Below are positions 10,632 through 24,118 of a stretch of 64,000 bases of DNA, piece by piece (positions within the stretch are counted from its first letter, which is position 1; each line of letters begins with the position of its first letter). Both the position numbers and the translations under genes were made by a program. Under the pieces are notes generated by a model. It was not told the origin of the DNA and searched no databases. It saw only the letters and a list, made by a program, of their open reading frames with translations. Source of the stretch: Trichosphaerium sp. ATCC 40318 (lineage: Eukaryota; Protista; Tubulinea); the NCBI GenBank assembly GCA_038496445.1, contig JALMLS010000179.1, positions 434,001-498,000 on the forward strand. Direction: 5' to 3'.

Positions 10632-13316
10632 CTATTCAGTTTTATTTGCATTATCTGTCTCTTCTGGTGGTTGTTTTGGTAGAAACCTTAGCTTCGTTTT
10701 CCAATTATGAGAGTGGTAGAACAGCTGCCAACTTTCAGTATCAAACAAGCTTCTTATTTTTTCAATTTTTGAGTTGTTTGTCATCCTATTTACTATCCAT
10801 TGCATTGACTGGCGTTCAGGATGTTGTGGGATATCACATTTGTACCAATTAAATAATTTGGGGATGGTAATCTGAAAAAACACGATGTGAGTAAGGACCA
10901 TCTACGCGATTACAACATAATATTTAAAACGCATTTAAAATACATACCTTTGGTGTAGTTCTAGACATCTTGACTTGAACAAAGTTATTAAGGAATTTAG
11001 ACGTTGCATTATTCATTTGCTCATCTAAAGTCTTCGCTTTAAAAAATGATAGCTTAGGACTTGATGAACCAAACGCTGTTAGGCAAAAGTGTATCCTCGG
11101 GTCTAGTGCTAAAGAATCTACGACTCTAGGATCATCTCTAGTAAAATGAGACTCCCTGTACACTCCTTCTATAGGGTGCGGGACGTTTCCTCGTAGAATA
11201 CCGTGCTTAATATCATCAAGCGTAAATAGTTTTCCTCCAATCTGGTATTTTAGAGATTGGAAGTACCCACGACGTATAAATTCGTTATCAGGAGATCCTA
11301 GGATAACATAGGACTGAAGCATCAATAGATTATACGTATTAATGAAAAATGCTTTCTTTGTCTGTTTCTCCATTGTCTTTAGATTAACCTTCAACAGATA
11401 AGCATATAAATAATACTACAAAACAATCATACGTTATGAAGCATCCCTGTGGAGACCTCAAATCGAGCATACTCTGCAGCACCAGCAATTTTTATGCGCT
11501 CACCGTTGTGTGATTGTACAAGCTGTACAAGGCGTTGAAGTAATTGTGCAGCTAAATTATCTGGTCCAATATGAAATATCATTAAATTCTTAGGTGTTGT
11601 GAACCTGTTCAGTATCACTAAAGACTGAGCTTTCGCGAAATTTGTATTGAGAGGTTTTGGAGGTGGTGAAAGTGGTACTGGTAGAGTAGGCTTTGCAGGT
11701 GGACCCAAATTAACGTTAGGGTTCATACTCTGAGCTTGAGAGACAAAGTCATTTTTATCTAGATACCCATTAAGTAAAGTCATCTGACCCCAGTGGTTTA
11801 AGGTATGCTGCATGTAAGTTAGTAAAGAGACTGTGGGAAAATTATGGTAACAACGCGTACAGCCATATTTGCATTATTATCGTGTGCTTGTTTAAGCATA
11901 TCGCTTGTTCTATTACCGATATATATTTGTAATTTCGCTAAAATGACAATAATGTCACGCCGTGACACTGCCTTCATATCTGGGACCACTACATTCGCAA
12001 TATCGCGTGGTTCCACCTTAATTAAATTGAGTAAAATGTCACTACGCGAAAAGAAGTTCTACGCACAGAAATTTTGGCATAAAAAGTCTTCATGGCACCA
12101 GCATTGTCTTCCAAAAACTCGTGCATATCCTCTAGGAACCCTTCTTTATTCTTAAAAGTGGCACCACTCGCGAGGTTTTGAATTAACTTGGCAATCAATA
12201 TAAATTTTCTTCTTGTTTGCTTAGATATTGACGTTTCTGAAACCAATTGCTCCGCAGTTACAGAAATCATTGGACAAAACAATCTAAGGAATATAAATCC
12301 TGCCACTGCTTTTTCCCAGTGATCAGGCTGTGGAAATGCGCGTGAAACTTCTTCACGCAGAATACAGCATACAATACGGATGGGTAGAGGACAAATATCT
12401 ACCTATTGAAACTATCTGTCAAAAAAATTGCCAAAGAAAGGTAAAACACTTACCGATCCAATAATCGCGTCAAGTACTTGCTGCGCTCTCGCGCGCAATG
12501 CTGGCATATTTTTTTGAGCTTCGACTTGTCCCACATACGTAGGATCAACCTTGTAACAGAAATTAAAAAATATGTCATTTGACGCTGTAAGCGTCTTGGT
12601 AGCGACAAAAGTTTACCTCCAGGTTCTCCTTTGATGATACAATATCCTTCGCAACTTTTGACAATACATCAAGCACCCACTGTGAACCAGCAGCGGTTTT
12701 TTTTATATGTGTAATAATTATCTTACTGGGTATGCTGTTGCGTCGAAAAATGACACTAGCGTGTTTCTTTGCATTTCGCAACTCTAGTTGAATAGCTGAA
12801 CGCATAAGAGAGCATACACGACCGTAATTGTGATACAGTTGTACTACACAATTAGCCAACGTCTCCATCTCGGCTACGAGACAAGTGAGCAACGCATAGA
12901 TGCAATTTTTTTTGTAAAAACGTCAAACGTGAAACACTGACCGTACCTCTGTCAGTAATACTCAAAAGTGCTAGCAATGCTGTATTACTATAAAGTAGAA
13001 CCTAGAAAATCAATTATGGTAAGTAAACAACGGGATAGAAAAAAAGAGTTTGCGTATTTACCTTAAAAAGTTGTGGGTAGCGCGTAGTTAACTGTGTTGC
13101 GTTCTTTTTTATTGGTGGACGTAAGTCCGGTAGGTCCTGCATTGTATCATAAGGATCTTCTGCGCTCTGTCTCCCAACCGACCAATCTGAGCCTATTAGA
13201 GCGTAAACGACAAGAAACAAAGGAAATGACACTAGTAATTGTAGCATATAGAGTGCGTTTCCGCGTATAGTACCCAAACTGACCATCTCCATGACGGCCT
13301 TATCCGCAGCAGCCAT
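10632..13316 (-). CDS. RasGAP domain + C-terminal DUF547 protein, multi-exon
   Basis: IFRRNSIPSK, GFIFLRLFCPMI and LIAKLIQNLA (RasGAP). AFFINTYN, TLDDIKHGILRGN and DPRIHFCL..SSP (DUF547). Confidence 0.85.
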
Positions 13317-13577
13317 TTTCTGTATTGTTTGAAAATTTCTTCTTTATTGGTTTATAATACTCTGTATGTGCATTGGCTTGTAGCCACTACAATCGCGTTC
13401 GTATTGTGACGCTAGTTACGTCGCCTTGGCCTATTTTAGTCAAGTTAAGTCTGTAAATTATAGGTCCTAGCACTACATTCTACTTTTTCAACACCACAAA
13501 GCTCTAAATCGGCTGTTGGCAACTTTTTGTAAATTCAATACTCAAGTTTAAAACGTCACAAACAAAGTTGAAGCAAA

Positions 13578-15778
13578 ATGGAGGGTCTGTCTTCGCGTTT
13601 TAAAAAGATAGTTATGAAGGGGTACGCGAATCTGTAGAAAAAGAAACATTTTTTTTGTCGGTTGTCGATCTGTTCTACAACCTTCTCTAACGCCCTGCAG
13701 AGCGGATGCTGTATTAAATAAAAACCCTGTGGAGGTCCTAGTGAGGGAGGCCACTGGAAATGAGCATTGGGGCCCAACAGGAACACAAATGCAGAAGATC
13801 TCTCAAGCGTCCTACAATTATGAAGATTATGGTTTCATTATGCAAACACTATGGAGGAGATTAGAATTGAGGGGTAAAAGCTGGAAAAATGTCTACAAGG
13901 TATTTAAAAAAAAATGGTTTTACATCAAAGAATCTTCGCTACGAGATTTACGCATTTGCACAAAAGGAAAAGTGCACTCCAAATGAATTTTTTTTGTTTT
14001 GGATTTAACCAAACAATTAGGCGTTGTTAGTCATCGATTATTTGATCAAAAACGGCTCTGACCGCGTCATTGATGAATTTAAATCACGCTTGCGTGTCTT
14101 TCAAGGCTTGTCTCATTTTCAATACGTGGACGAACACTCTAAAGATCACGGCTTGTCAGGTATTCAAAAACCGCGTGAAAAGGTTTTAATTCTGACACTT
14201 ACGGCATCATTTAGTTCGCGAACGATCAAAAATATTAATAGACCTACTACAAGACGACAGAGCCATTAGAGAAGCGAGAAAAATCGCCAGTAAAAATAGA
14301 GAAAAATACGGGCAAGGTATTGGCTCACATCACAGCAGAGCTGGCGGCAGTTTTGGGTAAGCTATCTCACAATTTTTTTTAAAAACTATTTCTGGACGTT
14401 TTTTTCCCTCGCTAAAGGCGTTCGCGTTTTTTGGAGGTGGACAAATTCAATTCCACTTTTCAGCCTGTTTTCAAATAATTTTTTTTTCGGAGTTTTTTGG
14501 CGCTTAGGTTTCGATTTTAACAATTCTTAGTGGTAGTGGCGCTTACGGCAATGGAAGAAATGGTGGCAGTGGCGGTGGCAATTATGGAAGAAATGGTGGC
14601 GGTGGCGGCTACGGTCGTCGTAGAAAGTCAGCTTATGATGACTCTGACACTGGTATGTTACCTTTAAAACAAATTTTGTGTTTTTTGTTATTTTTTTCCG
14701 TCACGTTGGTAGTGCTTCGGTGCTCAATTTTTTTACGCTCTTTGCGTAGCAGTTTATATTTACTCGCTCTTAATTATTTCATTACCCTGACTGTACTCTA
14801 GAAAGCGAATCCGAGGAGAGTGATGACGAAGAACAAGAAGAACCTCTACGCGAAGAAAAACCTGCACCTGCGGCCGCGCCTGCAGTTACAACTGTCGCTG
14901 CGCCAGTGAATCCAGTTACCCATCAGGGTTGGAACGCGTTCCAAGATTCCTCGACAACAATGGCTGATCCATTCGGTATAATACCAACTCCAGCTACTAC
15001 CACACCAACTCCCACAAATACACACCCAGCAGGCGGTTTCGGTAACTTTGGACCTGCACCAGTTGCAGGTACTCCTCCTGCCTCTGGTTTTGGAGCATTT
15101 AATGCACCTCCTCAAGTTAGCAATACCCCTACTACTCCAGCTTATGTGGATTTTATGACACCTACACATACGCCTACTCAACAAAATGGCAATGTTGGCT
15201 TGAATTCACAATTTGGTGCCTTTGGCGCCGCTCCTCCAGCTGCTCACAACGGTGCTCAAATGAACCACCCTGCTGTTCATGGTCAGCAACCACTGCAAGC
15301 GTCTAACATTATGCAACCAACTCAACCACCACAAACTGGTAACCTCCTCACGCCTGTGGCAGCTCCAACAACTCAAGGCACTGGTGGTGGCGACTTATTG
15401 CAACCTATTGTCCCTGATGCACCTAAAAAACCTGCTGATGATCCTTGGTCTTCCTTGGTTGATCTTAATAATATCACTGATAGCAACAAGCCAGGAACAA
15501 AGAAAATTAATTTTAAAACAGAGAAGAGTACCAGAACCATTGCACCTGTTGTGGTACGTTATTGAACTTTTGTTTTTTTTGGTTTTTTGAGCTTGATTCT
15601 TTTATTTCCCTCTGTGCAACCAAATGTTGGTTTCTTTCATTTCTACGCCATCACATGTCGTATGTGGTTGTTTTTGATGGATTATCGTGGTTTGAGGCGT
15701 TTAATTCTTTGTGTTCGGTATTTTTTTTGACTTTTTTTTAAGCACTCGTATGGCCAATATCCCGTGTATCATCAATAA
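13578..15778 (+). CDS. Epsin / ENTH-domain clathrin adaptor
   Basis: VREATGNEHWGPTG, LWRRL..WKNVYK, LIKNGS and FQYVDE..DHG (ENTH), followed by a disordered tail with DPF/DPW and LVDL. Last exon 15743-15778 is inferred. Confidence 0.9.
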
Positions 15779-16116
15779 ATTGCCTTTTTAAAAGGCTTTA
15801 AACGCGTGTAGTGAAAAAAAAACAACCACTACATGTTTCGAAAGTGAAAAGGAAAGAATGTTGGGGATTTTTGTTGGCTCTTTGGTTATGAAAAAAAAAC
15901 GGCTTATGTACACCATCATGTAAAAAAAATCTACAAAGTAAATTATGTTACGTCAAACAGCCTCTGTTTTTTTTGTAGTTGAGCAGATAGCCAACAAAAC
16001 CGAAAGTTGGTAAGGAGTTACATTGTTTTTTACTGTTGTTACAATATGAAAGTTGTTATTGGCTATTTTTACATTTAGTTTGGTTGGGTTTTACAAGGTG
16101 GTAAGTAGTTAGAGGT

Positions 16117-16386
16117 TTACAACTTCATCGCCAGAGGTATGTGAGCTGGTGAGCAGAGTTTTAAAGGCGAACAGTCGAGTTCCAAGTCACCAAAGTCGAG
16201 TCTGAACTGAGAGTTTATTTCTTCTTCGCGTTTTGTCTCGTCGATTGTCGGTATGATCTCTACTCGCTCTGAGAATGTAACTCGGCCATGTATTATCGAG
16301 GGTTCGACCACAGATGTTGTTTTGCGTGAGAGGAGGTTGAATGCGCGGCGTGTAAAGGATTTGAGAGACTTGGTAAATGTAGACAT
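16117..16386 (-). CDS. 89-aa cassette microprotein, copy 2 (RVTFSERVEII)
   Basis: Three amino-acid differences from copy 1; canonical RVxF in this copy. Confidence 0.65.
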   Translation of the reverse strand: MSTFTKSLKSFTRRAFNLLSRKTTSVVEPSIIHGRVTFSERVEIIPTIDETKREEEINSQFRLDFGDLELDCSPLKLCSPAHIPLAMKL

Positions 16387-17114
16387 CTGATTGCAAGCAA
16401 GATTCGTGGTTAGTTCGGTTCAAGAAGTAAGATTATGATGTTTTAAGACACTTTGGAGTCTTTAGTTTTGCAAACTGCACAAACTACATTTCTTACGCAC
16501 TCTAAAAAACATGTTGTATCGCTTGCATTTATCGGTGAGTGTGCGTCAAGAGTGCAAACAAGTCATTTTGTGTTTGTTCTCGGATTCTCAATTTCTCAAT
16601 AATTTCAGGGTATTTCCGTTATTCTCACAATAATTCTCCGTATCATACCGAGAGTCTGTTTATGGTACAACGTTATTAAAAAATGATTCTCTTCTTGTGG
16701 AGGTTCTTGGGTTTCGTTTCAGAGTAAATTTCAAGGAGATATCAGCTAAAAAAAGCAATTAAAAGTACATCATTTACTTATTTTGTTAATCCGTACTTTT
16801 CATTTTTACGTGACTGTAAAACGGGACTACAGGATGGTAGCGTCGCCAAAAGCATTTTCATCCATAAAAGTGTATTGTTGGAACAGACAAAATGTGTACA
16901 TTTGTATTTTTTCGGGCACTTTTTATTAAACTGCTACAATCCGATTTCTCCATCTAGACTAATGGTCAGTAAACGATACAGGTCTACTCATAAATCAACA
17001 TGATTTGTTCAATGCGATTTATACTATTAATGGATGGTTTCGGTGTAAAGTTAGACTTCAGTGTTTCGTTAAGTCAAAATACTAAAAACAACACAAACGA
17101 AACAACTCTTCCAA

Positions 17115-17720
17115 ATGCTTTCTTTCATCAGAACATCTATCATCAGCGTATTCAAAAGACGTACACGCAATACAAAGGGTAAATCAAAAACTCTTGAGAA
17201 GCTTGCTCGTAAACCTCTCAACCTTGGCGCCATTGCGATAGTGCTGAAGGAGACGGTGATACAGGTGACGAACATTCACTCGGCTGGCTACGCACACTTG
17301 GGAGTCTCTTCAAACGCCATCACAATCATGCCAAAGGGTCAGATACAGCTCGGTGGTACAAACAGAGCAACAAAGATGACCAATGGTGATACCTACAAAT
17401 TCCCAGACCAAGGCGATTCCATGACCACAGATGTCTCCCACATTGGTTACTTGGCTGTCAGACTGTACCTCGGCGACTATGGCGATGAATGGGTAAACAT
17501 GGCAAACGAAACAGGATTCTCATACCTCACAGCTCATTATACAAACTCTGGACGTCAGATTAATAGATTGATAGATGCCAAAGCTCCACAGACTCTCATT
17601 CATTTCGTCAAGAAGTGTTTTGAACAAAACACAACGGCATCAGATCTACTGGATACACAATTGATTCACTTTGCGTCAAGTGCAGGCATCACGAGTTTAT
17701 CTCGTGCTTACAAGAAATAA
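17115..17720 (+). CDS. STE20-like pseudokinase C-lobe, copy 2
   Basis: 201 aa, seven amino-acid differences from copy 1, frame intact. Confidence 0.8.
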   Translation: MLSFIRTSIISVFKRRTRNTKGKSKTLEKLARKPLNLGAIAIVLKETVIQVTNIHSAGYAHLGVSSNAITIMPKGQIQLGGTNRATKMTNGDTYKFPDQGDSMTTDVSHIGYLAVRLYLGDYGDEWVNMANETGFSYLTAHYTNSGRQINRLIDAKAPQTLIHFVKKCFEQNTTASDLLDTQLIHFASSAGITSLSRAYKK

Positions 17721-18135
17721 CTTCTCTTCCAACCAAAAACAAAAACTTGTATTCTAAAAAACAACTTCGTCAAAATAAATGTATTTTAGCAACACTTTCA
17801 CGTTATTTTTACCGTGTACGAGCGCTCAGTGATATTTGAAACAGCTAAAATGAATGTATTATCTCAATAGAATCAAATTCATACATAAAGTAGTTTATTT
17901 ACAAAGGCTCCAATTATGATTGGACTTGTGCATAGAAAAAAGCTACCTCAAACAAATCGATTGTTACAAGGTGCCAAAAGCCAATCCCATCCCTTTTTCT
18001 CACTAGTATACAATAATATGACAGCCCGCATTCCCCTAGTTTTTAATACCAGTATAGAACGCAGGGAAAAACCTAAATCTACCAAGGTGATCTAGATAAA
18101 GAGAGTCCTCCCTCATCGAAAAAAAAACAGAGGCT

Positions 18136-19775
18136 CTACATGTAGACTTTGATAATACTCGTTATCTGTTTTCGACAAATAGGACATGTGTCGTTCCCAG
18201 GGCGGTTTCGAAAAGCATCAGCACACATGCTGCAAAATGTGACGTGTCCACAAGGAACACATATACGATCAGCCAATGCATCAAGACAAACCTAAACGAA
18301 CCATTAATTTTTCAATTCAAAAAACATGACTGTGAATGCGAGCTGTTTTCAGTAAAAATAAGTATGAACCAATGCACCACTGAGCGTTGGGTCTTGAGAG
18401 AAAAGGATAAAAAAAGTTTTAAAGATGTATGTTTAACGTAAATGACAAGTTAAAAAACCTTTTAATTCTGTGAACGCCTAAGCTTTGCTTTGGCTTTTGT
18501 TTTGATCTACAACAACCGATTCGATTTCAAAAAAAAGTTCACGTACTCTACATGATTGTGGTCCTCCTTTTGCGTCTTCCATTTCTCTCAGTTTCTTTGA
18601 CTTTGCTAAAGACAGATTCTCAACAACACATTTGGCCTTTAAAATCTCTGCATCAAGCTGCTCTAATGTCATTTTACTATAATCTGGTACAATTGGTATT
18701 GCTACTGCGTTTGCTACTGCGTTTGCTGCTGCTGCCGTTGCTGCCGCGTTTATACGCTTAGCGTTTGCCAGTTGTTCCATACATGCGCCTATTTGTTGCT
18801 TTTGAGCGCCCAGTTGGTGTTCTTGAATCTGTATTGTGTTTTGTAGATTTTTGATCTGTTGATTAACTTGATCTCCAATTTGGTGTAAACGTGCTTTTAG
18901 AGTATTATTTTCAGCTACAGTATAATAAGCTCACCGATAGGCACGATTTAAAACTAATCTAACAAGAATAACCAAAGTTTTTTGTTTCGCGCCAAGAAGT
19001 CCCAAACTCGTACCTTTTTGCTTGTTGTACTGGGCTTCACCTATTGTAAACCTGTTTCTCTCGTTTTGAAGCCTTGAATTCGCTTCTTTTGCCTGTTGTT
19101 TGACATCATTTAACATTTTATCTTTTTGAGCTAGTTGGTCTTTCTTTTCGCGTATTTCTCTGCTAAGAGTAATGTTGTCGTCTTTTACTCTAGCCAAAAC
19201 GTTCTCAACTTCAACACGTTGGTTTCGCAAGCGTTGTGCTTCTTGAAGTAACGCTTCGTTTTTGGTTTGAAGCACTTGCTGTAGAATAAATTAGGTCGAT
19301 TCAAAACAATTTGATTTAACCGCACAATGAATTCTACTACTTCGTTGTCGGGCCTTTGCGATGTTTCCACTGTTCTAGCAGGGCTATTGAATCTTGACAA
19401 AGTTGGCGCTAATAGCAAAGCATTAGTTTTGCTAAAAACTGTCCTTGTACATGGAGCCATATCGTGTGGTGTGGGACTAGGGAATCCACGACCAAAATGG
19501 CTTTGTTGTGGAGGAAAGGGCGCAGCATTTCGTAATGGTGTTTTAGGCTTAGCGCGTAGTATACGCCTACTCTATAAGATGTTAAACAATTCAGGTATTT
19601 AGATGAGGATTGTTTTTCAAATCGCAAATACATACACGAGACGTGTCAGGGCTCATGGACGCTAAGTACGTAAGTTTTAGGTCAATTATTGATGCTTACA
19701 GTGAAGAGGTGGAGCAAATCGTTGATGAGCGCGTGCTGGTGACCCTCCGTATTCTAGTTGTCCCAGGTAGTCCAT
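18136..19775 (-). CDS. Coiled-coil + C-terminal C3HC4 RING E3 ligase, multi-exon
   Basis: Last exon reads CVCVPCGHVTFCSMCADAFRNRPGNDTCPICRKQITSIIKVYM*; long coiled-coil exons upstream. Confidence 0.8.
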
Positions 19776-20007
19776 GCTGTGAGGCCAATGCTAACAAATA
19801 TGAGCTTTTGGGTTTTTCCACCCAAAAACCGCAAGTTTTACTCGTAGTGATTGAAAAGTCCTAATTAGAACCAAACAACCCCAATATAGAAGTTGTTTTG
19901 TTGCCCCTGTATATCGCAATGAACAATAGAAAGCAAAGTTGTGGAAACAATATCATTTTTGAGAATCTGCTATGCGATTGCAACTGTTTTTTGTTTTTAC
20001 AATAATT

Positions 20008-21742
20008 TTAGTTTACATTATTCTTGAGATAGGTGCTATAAGCTAACGATACAGTGAATTTTATAGCGTTCTTAATCAGCGCCTCAACAATACTACGGTT
20101 TACAAGACCAACATTAGATTCATAAAGGAAACTGAATGTCAATTCCTCCTCTAGACTAACAATATATTGTATCTTTTTTGACTTGTCTGAGTTTGTTTCT
20201 ATAACGTAAACATTGTACACTTTATCACTGGTGCCTTTTGCTTTTTTACCCCAGCTACCTCTCTTAACAATTTTTATATCAGGATTACCTTCTAGCTTCT
20301 TAACATAATCAGCTGCAGTCTTATTCTTGATGCCTTTTGTAAAATCAAGACGATCTATGATTAAAAAAATCCAGATTAATTTTTGAAAGGGAAAAAAAAA
20401 TCCAAGTCTTTGTTATGTGTACCTATTACTTTATCACAATACTGTTCTAGAGGCGATATCATTATACCTTCAACTTTCCCTTGGGTCCATTCCCAAGGAT
20501 ACTTGCACTTGCAATCAAATTCTACTCGAAGAGTAAAGACAATGGATTTTTTTATGTTGATAACAGTTGTGAACGTACTTCCGGCGAGTGTGAATCTACC
20601 ATAATCCGATATAAGTTTACCAATAGGCTTAACAACTAGAGACTTCGAAATTGCTTCAAAAATATCATTTTGCTTATTCTTTGTTGTAGACCAAGTTTGA
20701 TACTGTAATATGAACCTAGAAAAAAGTTACACAACCCACATACTAATCACATACACTAGTTTCGCTTCAGCTTCAATATACATTATACTCTCTTCTATAA
20801 CTTGTTCACCATCATTATATATAATGTTTGCTGCATACGCATCACAACCTACTAACGTGTAAGCAGTAAAAAATTATCCTGACATTTACCACTAATTGCA
20901 ATATCACATTTACTAAACTCCTTGACTGTCTTTGCGCTCGATAGTTTACTAACATACGATTCGTGCCATTTTTCAACGCCATGAGCCATAGCCTCAAGCT
21001 TGAGAACGACTCTACATACATAATAAGCGAGTAAAGGATAGAAAACTTCGTTTACCTGTCAACTACTTGTTTTTTAAGTTTTGTAGCATAAGGAGATGTA
21101 AACACTGTGGAGTCTTTAAAAGGTTCTGGATCTTCGCTTGACGTATGTTTGAGTGAACGTGATAAGGTTTGCATCCAAGAAACAGGATAAGAAACGGAGA
21201 AATGTGGCATCTCATAAACCGACCAAGCTTGCTCTATATTAAACAATCTTTAGACAACAAGCAATTATATTTTTTTGTGTCACCTTGAAAGAATGCTTCA
21301 AATTCGTCAAAAGTTATTTTCTCGTCGTTGTTGGCGTCAATCCTCTTAATAAGCATTGTGATGTAGTCTAATATGTCGAAAATAGTTAAGATCAAAAAGA
21401 TCTATGCATTTTTACCTGCTCTAGAGTGTTCCCTTCGCTGCCACGGCGCGTCTACACCTTGACATTGACCTTTGTCCACTAAACGCATGAAGTCTTTTAA
21501 GAACACGCGAGCTTCTTGTCTGTCTAGATTACCGTTCTACACATTGAATAAATAGGTTTCGAAAGAATAAAGCTATTAAGGGAAAAACACCACAAAGGAT
21601 GTAATACAACGTATGTGGGGTGTTATATGCAGTGTAATACCTTATCAGCGTCGTATTTGGAAAAGAGTTTTTTGAGAGACTCTAGCGCCGTTGGATCTAT
21701 TAGAACTTTGTTCATAGCATCTTTTCCGTTTGTTTGACCCAT
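20008..21742 (-). CDS. Possibly N-myristoylated EF-hand protein with uncharacterised C-terminal region
   Basis: MGQTNGK start; EF loops DADKNGNLDRQE and DANNDEKITFDE. 3' end uncertain. Confidence 0.7.
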
Positions 21743-22101
21743 TTTATTGTGTAGTATCTTTTTTGTAGTTTCCGATTCTGTACCGAACGTTACTCTGTAA
21801 TTTTACGTAGATGCGCCACTCGTTCGCGTATGAAATACTTCTGGCTTAATTCAAGCAAACAGGCGTTAGTCATAATACGTAAATGCTTCACTCAGAACAA
21901 ACAGTACAAATCTACTCAGCCACGCGTGCTTATAGCGATTACGCCAGCGAGAGCAATACTTCCCTTTGGGGCAGTTATTGAAAGGCGTTTTTAAAATCAG
22001 TTAGTTTTGCCCGCCTAAATTTTTGCCGGTTAAACATCAAAGTTAGCTATTCATCTACCGCAACAACTCTATCCATACAACCTTTTATATCTTTATATAC
22101 A

Positions 22102-24118
22102 ATGCTCTCAACCTCTATATCAGAGATTGCATTCAAAACACCTACAAAGAGCCCACCACACAACCATACACACTCACACGGGTTTAAATCACCAAGAACA
22201 CCACGAGACCGCTCACGTAATACTCCTGGAAGTCAGAGAAAACGGCGACGTACACCCAAGTCTTCACCCGCTATAGATCGTTTTATACCCAACAGACGGT
22301 CTATGGATGTAGATTTGTGCCATTACAACCTGTTAAACAAAAACGAGGAATCTGGCGTTGCTGACACCTCCCTATCACAAGAATACTTCAAAGAGCGCCT
22401 CGCTGAGTCTATTCTACACGAATCGTCAACTAAAATTTTACGTTACAAGCCACGAGCCCCTCGGCAAAGTAAAGACTCTAGAAACATGCGTGTACTATAT
22501 TCTCAGAAAAACGACGCATCGACAGCACGTTACATAAACCCTAAACCAGAAAGAATACTCGATGCCCCTCAAATTCTCGGTGACTACTACCTGAACCTTT
22601 TGGACTGGGGAAGTAATAACTGTGTGGCAATTGCCCTCGGGCAAGCGGTTTTCATTTGGAACGCTGAGCGAGAAAACGTTGTAAAGGTACGCCACAACTC
22701 TGCTTCACACTTGTTTAACTTTCTTGCTGTTGTAAAACGCGTAAACCACTAACTTTTCTTACAGCTATGCGAGTTACCTGATGATACATTCATATCTTCG
22801 GTATCTTGGGCTGGCGCAGACCCAAATTACCTAGCAGTGCGTATTCGACTTGTTTTATCTAGAACTCGATCTCAGTTATTTGCTTTAGGTCGGCGATACC
22901 GACGGAAACGTTAGGATTTGGGATGTAGTGCAAGAGAGATCGCTTAGGTATACATTAAAGACTCTCTACCAGGGTTTCTTTTGCTAATACTCTTTTTAGA
23001 ACCCTTCGAGGTCATGTTCAACGCGTATCATCTCTATCATGGAATGCACACGTCCTAACTACAGGCTCACGTAAGTATTCTGAAGGTGGTGATTTTTTGA
23101 CATTTTTAATTGTTTTGATAGGCGATTCTAATATATTCAATCATGATGTAAGAATGCGTGATGGCTGTATCTCTAGATTTGACGGGCATTCACGCGAAGG
23201 TACGTTTAAAGAAAATTTTGAGAAGGCGCTTTTATTTTTCTGATTTTCTGTTTGTTTAGTATGCGGTTTGAAATGGTCAAAAGGAGGTCGTTTAGCTTCT
23301 GGCGGAAACGATAATCTTTTGAACATTTGGGACGCTAGGTCTACCATACCTATGCATACTTTTACTCATCATCAGAGCGCAGTGAAAGCCCTCGATTGGT
23401 GCCCTTGGCAAACAGTACGTTCTCTTAGTATTCCTGTTTTTTTCCTTTTTTTCTTTATTGCAAAACCGAACTTTACTATGATGATACAACGACGGTCTTC
23501 TTAAGTACCTTGAAGAGGAAACTCTAACCCATAAAACGCTGATATTTTTCTACATACGCGACAACAACAAAAATAAAATAAAACCTCTCCTAATGGTTTT
23601 TTGTAGAATTTGCTGGCATCTGGGGGAGGTACGGCGGATCAAACGATTCGCTTCTGGAATACCGATTCTGGCACTTGCCTTAACATGGTTGATACACAGT
23701 ACGATTACAATAACTTTCTTTTTTTTTTGAAACACTTTGCAACGAGTACTGAAAAACAAATAGGTCCCAAGTTTGCTCGATCAAATGGTCGAGGACGAAC
23801 AAGGAGTTAGTGTCGAGTCATGGCTTTTCCCATTGCCAGCTCGTTCTATGGAAGTATCCAACCATGAGCAAGATTACAGAGTTGAAGGCCCATACTTCTC
23901 GTGTCTTGTATACAGCGTTAAGTCCAGATGGAACACAAAGTAAGTCTTATAAAATTTCTTTCTTTTTTCTTGTTCTAATTGGTTTTTTTCTAGTATGCTC
24001 TGCTGGCCCTGACGAGCTATTGTGTTTCTGGAAGGTGTTTGATTACCCTTCACACCTGTCCACTCCCAAAAAAGACAAAAATCGAAGTCGCAAAGGCTTG
24101 AATCTCAATATCCGATAG
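22102..24118 (+). CDS. CDC20: APC/C coactivator Cdc20/fizzy
   Basis: C-box DRFIPNR, KILR motif, [16 protein letters not shown]40 repeats and C-terminal IR tail; multi-exon. Confidence 0.95.
23475..23546 (+). ncRNA. Intronic box C/D snoRNA (snR73/SNORD35-like target)
   Basis: Box C ATGATGA 23478-84, D' CTTA 23500-03, C' TTGAAGA 23510-16, box D CTGA 23539-42. Guide ACGACGGTCT is complementary to conserved LSU rRNA AGACCGUCGU. Lies in an unusually long CDC20 intron. Confidence 0.85.

Larger units (their letters stand above)
15972..17783 (+). repeat. Dispersed two-gene cassette, copy 2
   Basis: Aligns to copy 1 throughout. Left part also aligns to the end of copy 3. Confidence 0.95.

Noticed and set aside
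15554-15742. Long epsin intron with ACGCC/GGCGT hairpin as a possible snoRNA
   Set aside because: No C/D or H/ACA boxes, and several competing weak folds.
15972-15990. Cassette copy 2 supplying the last epsin exon (TTGTAG|TTGAGCAGATAG)
   Set aside because: A nearer acceptor at 15742 gives a plausible exon followed by AATAAA; cannot be decided without cDNA.
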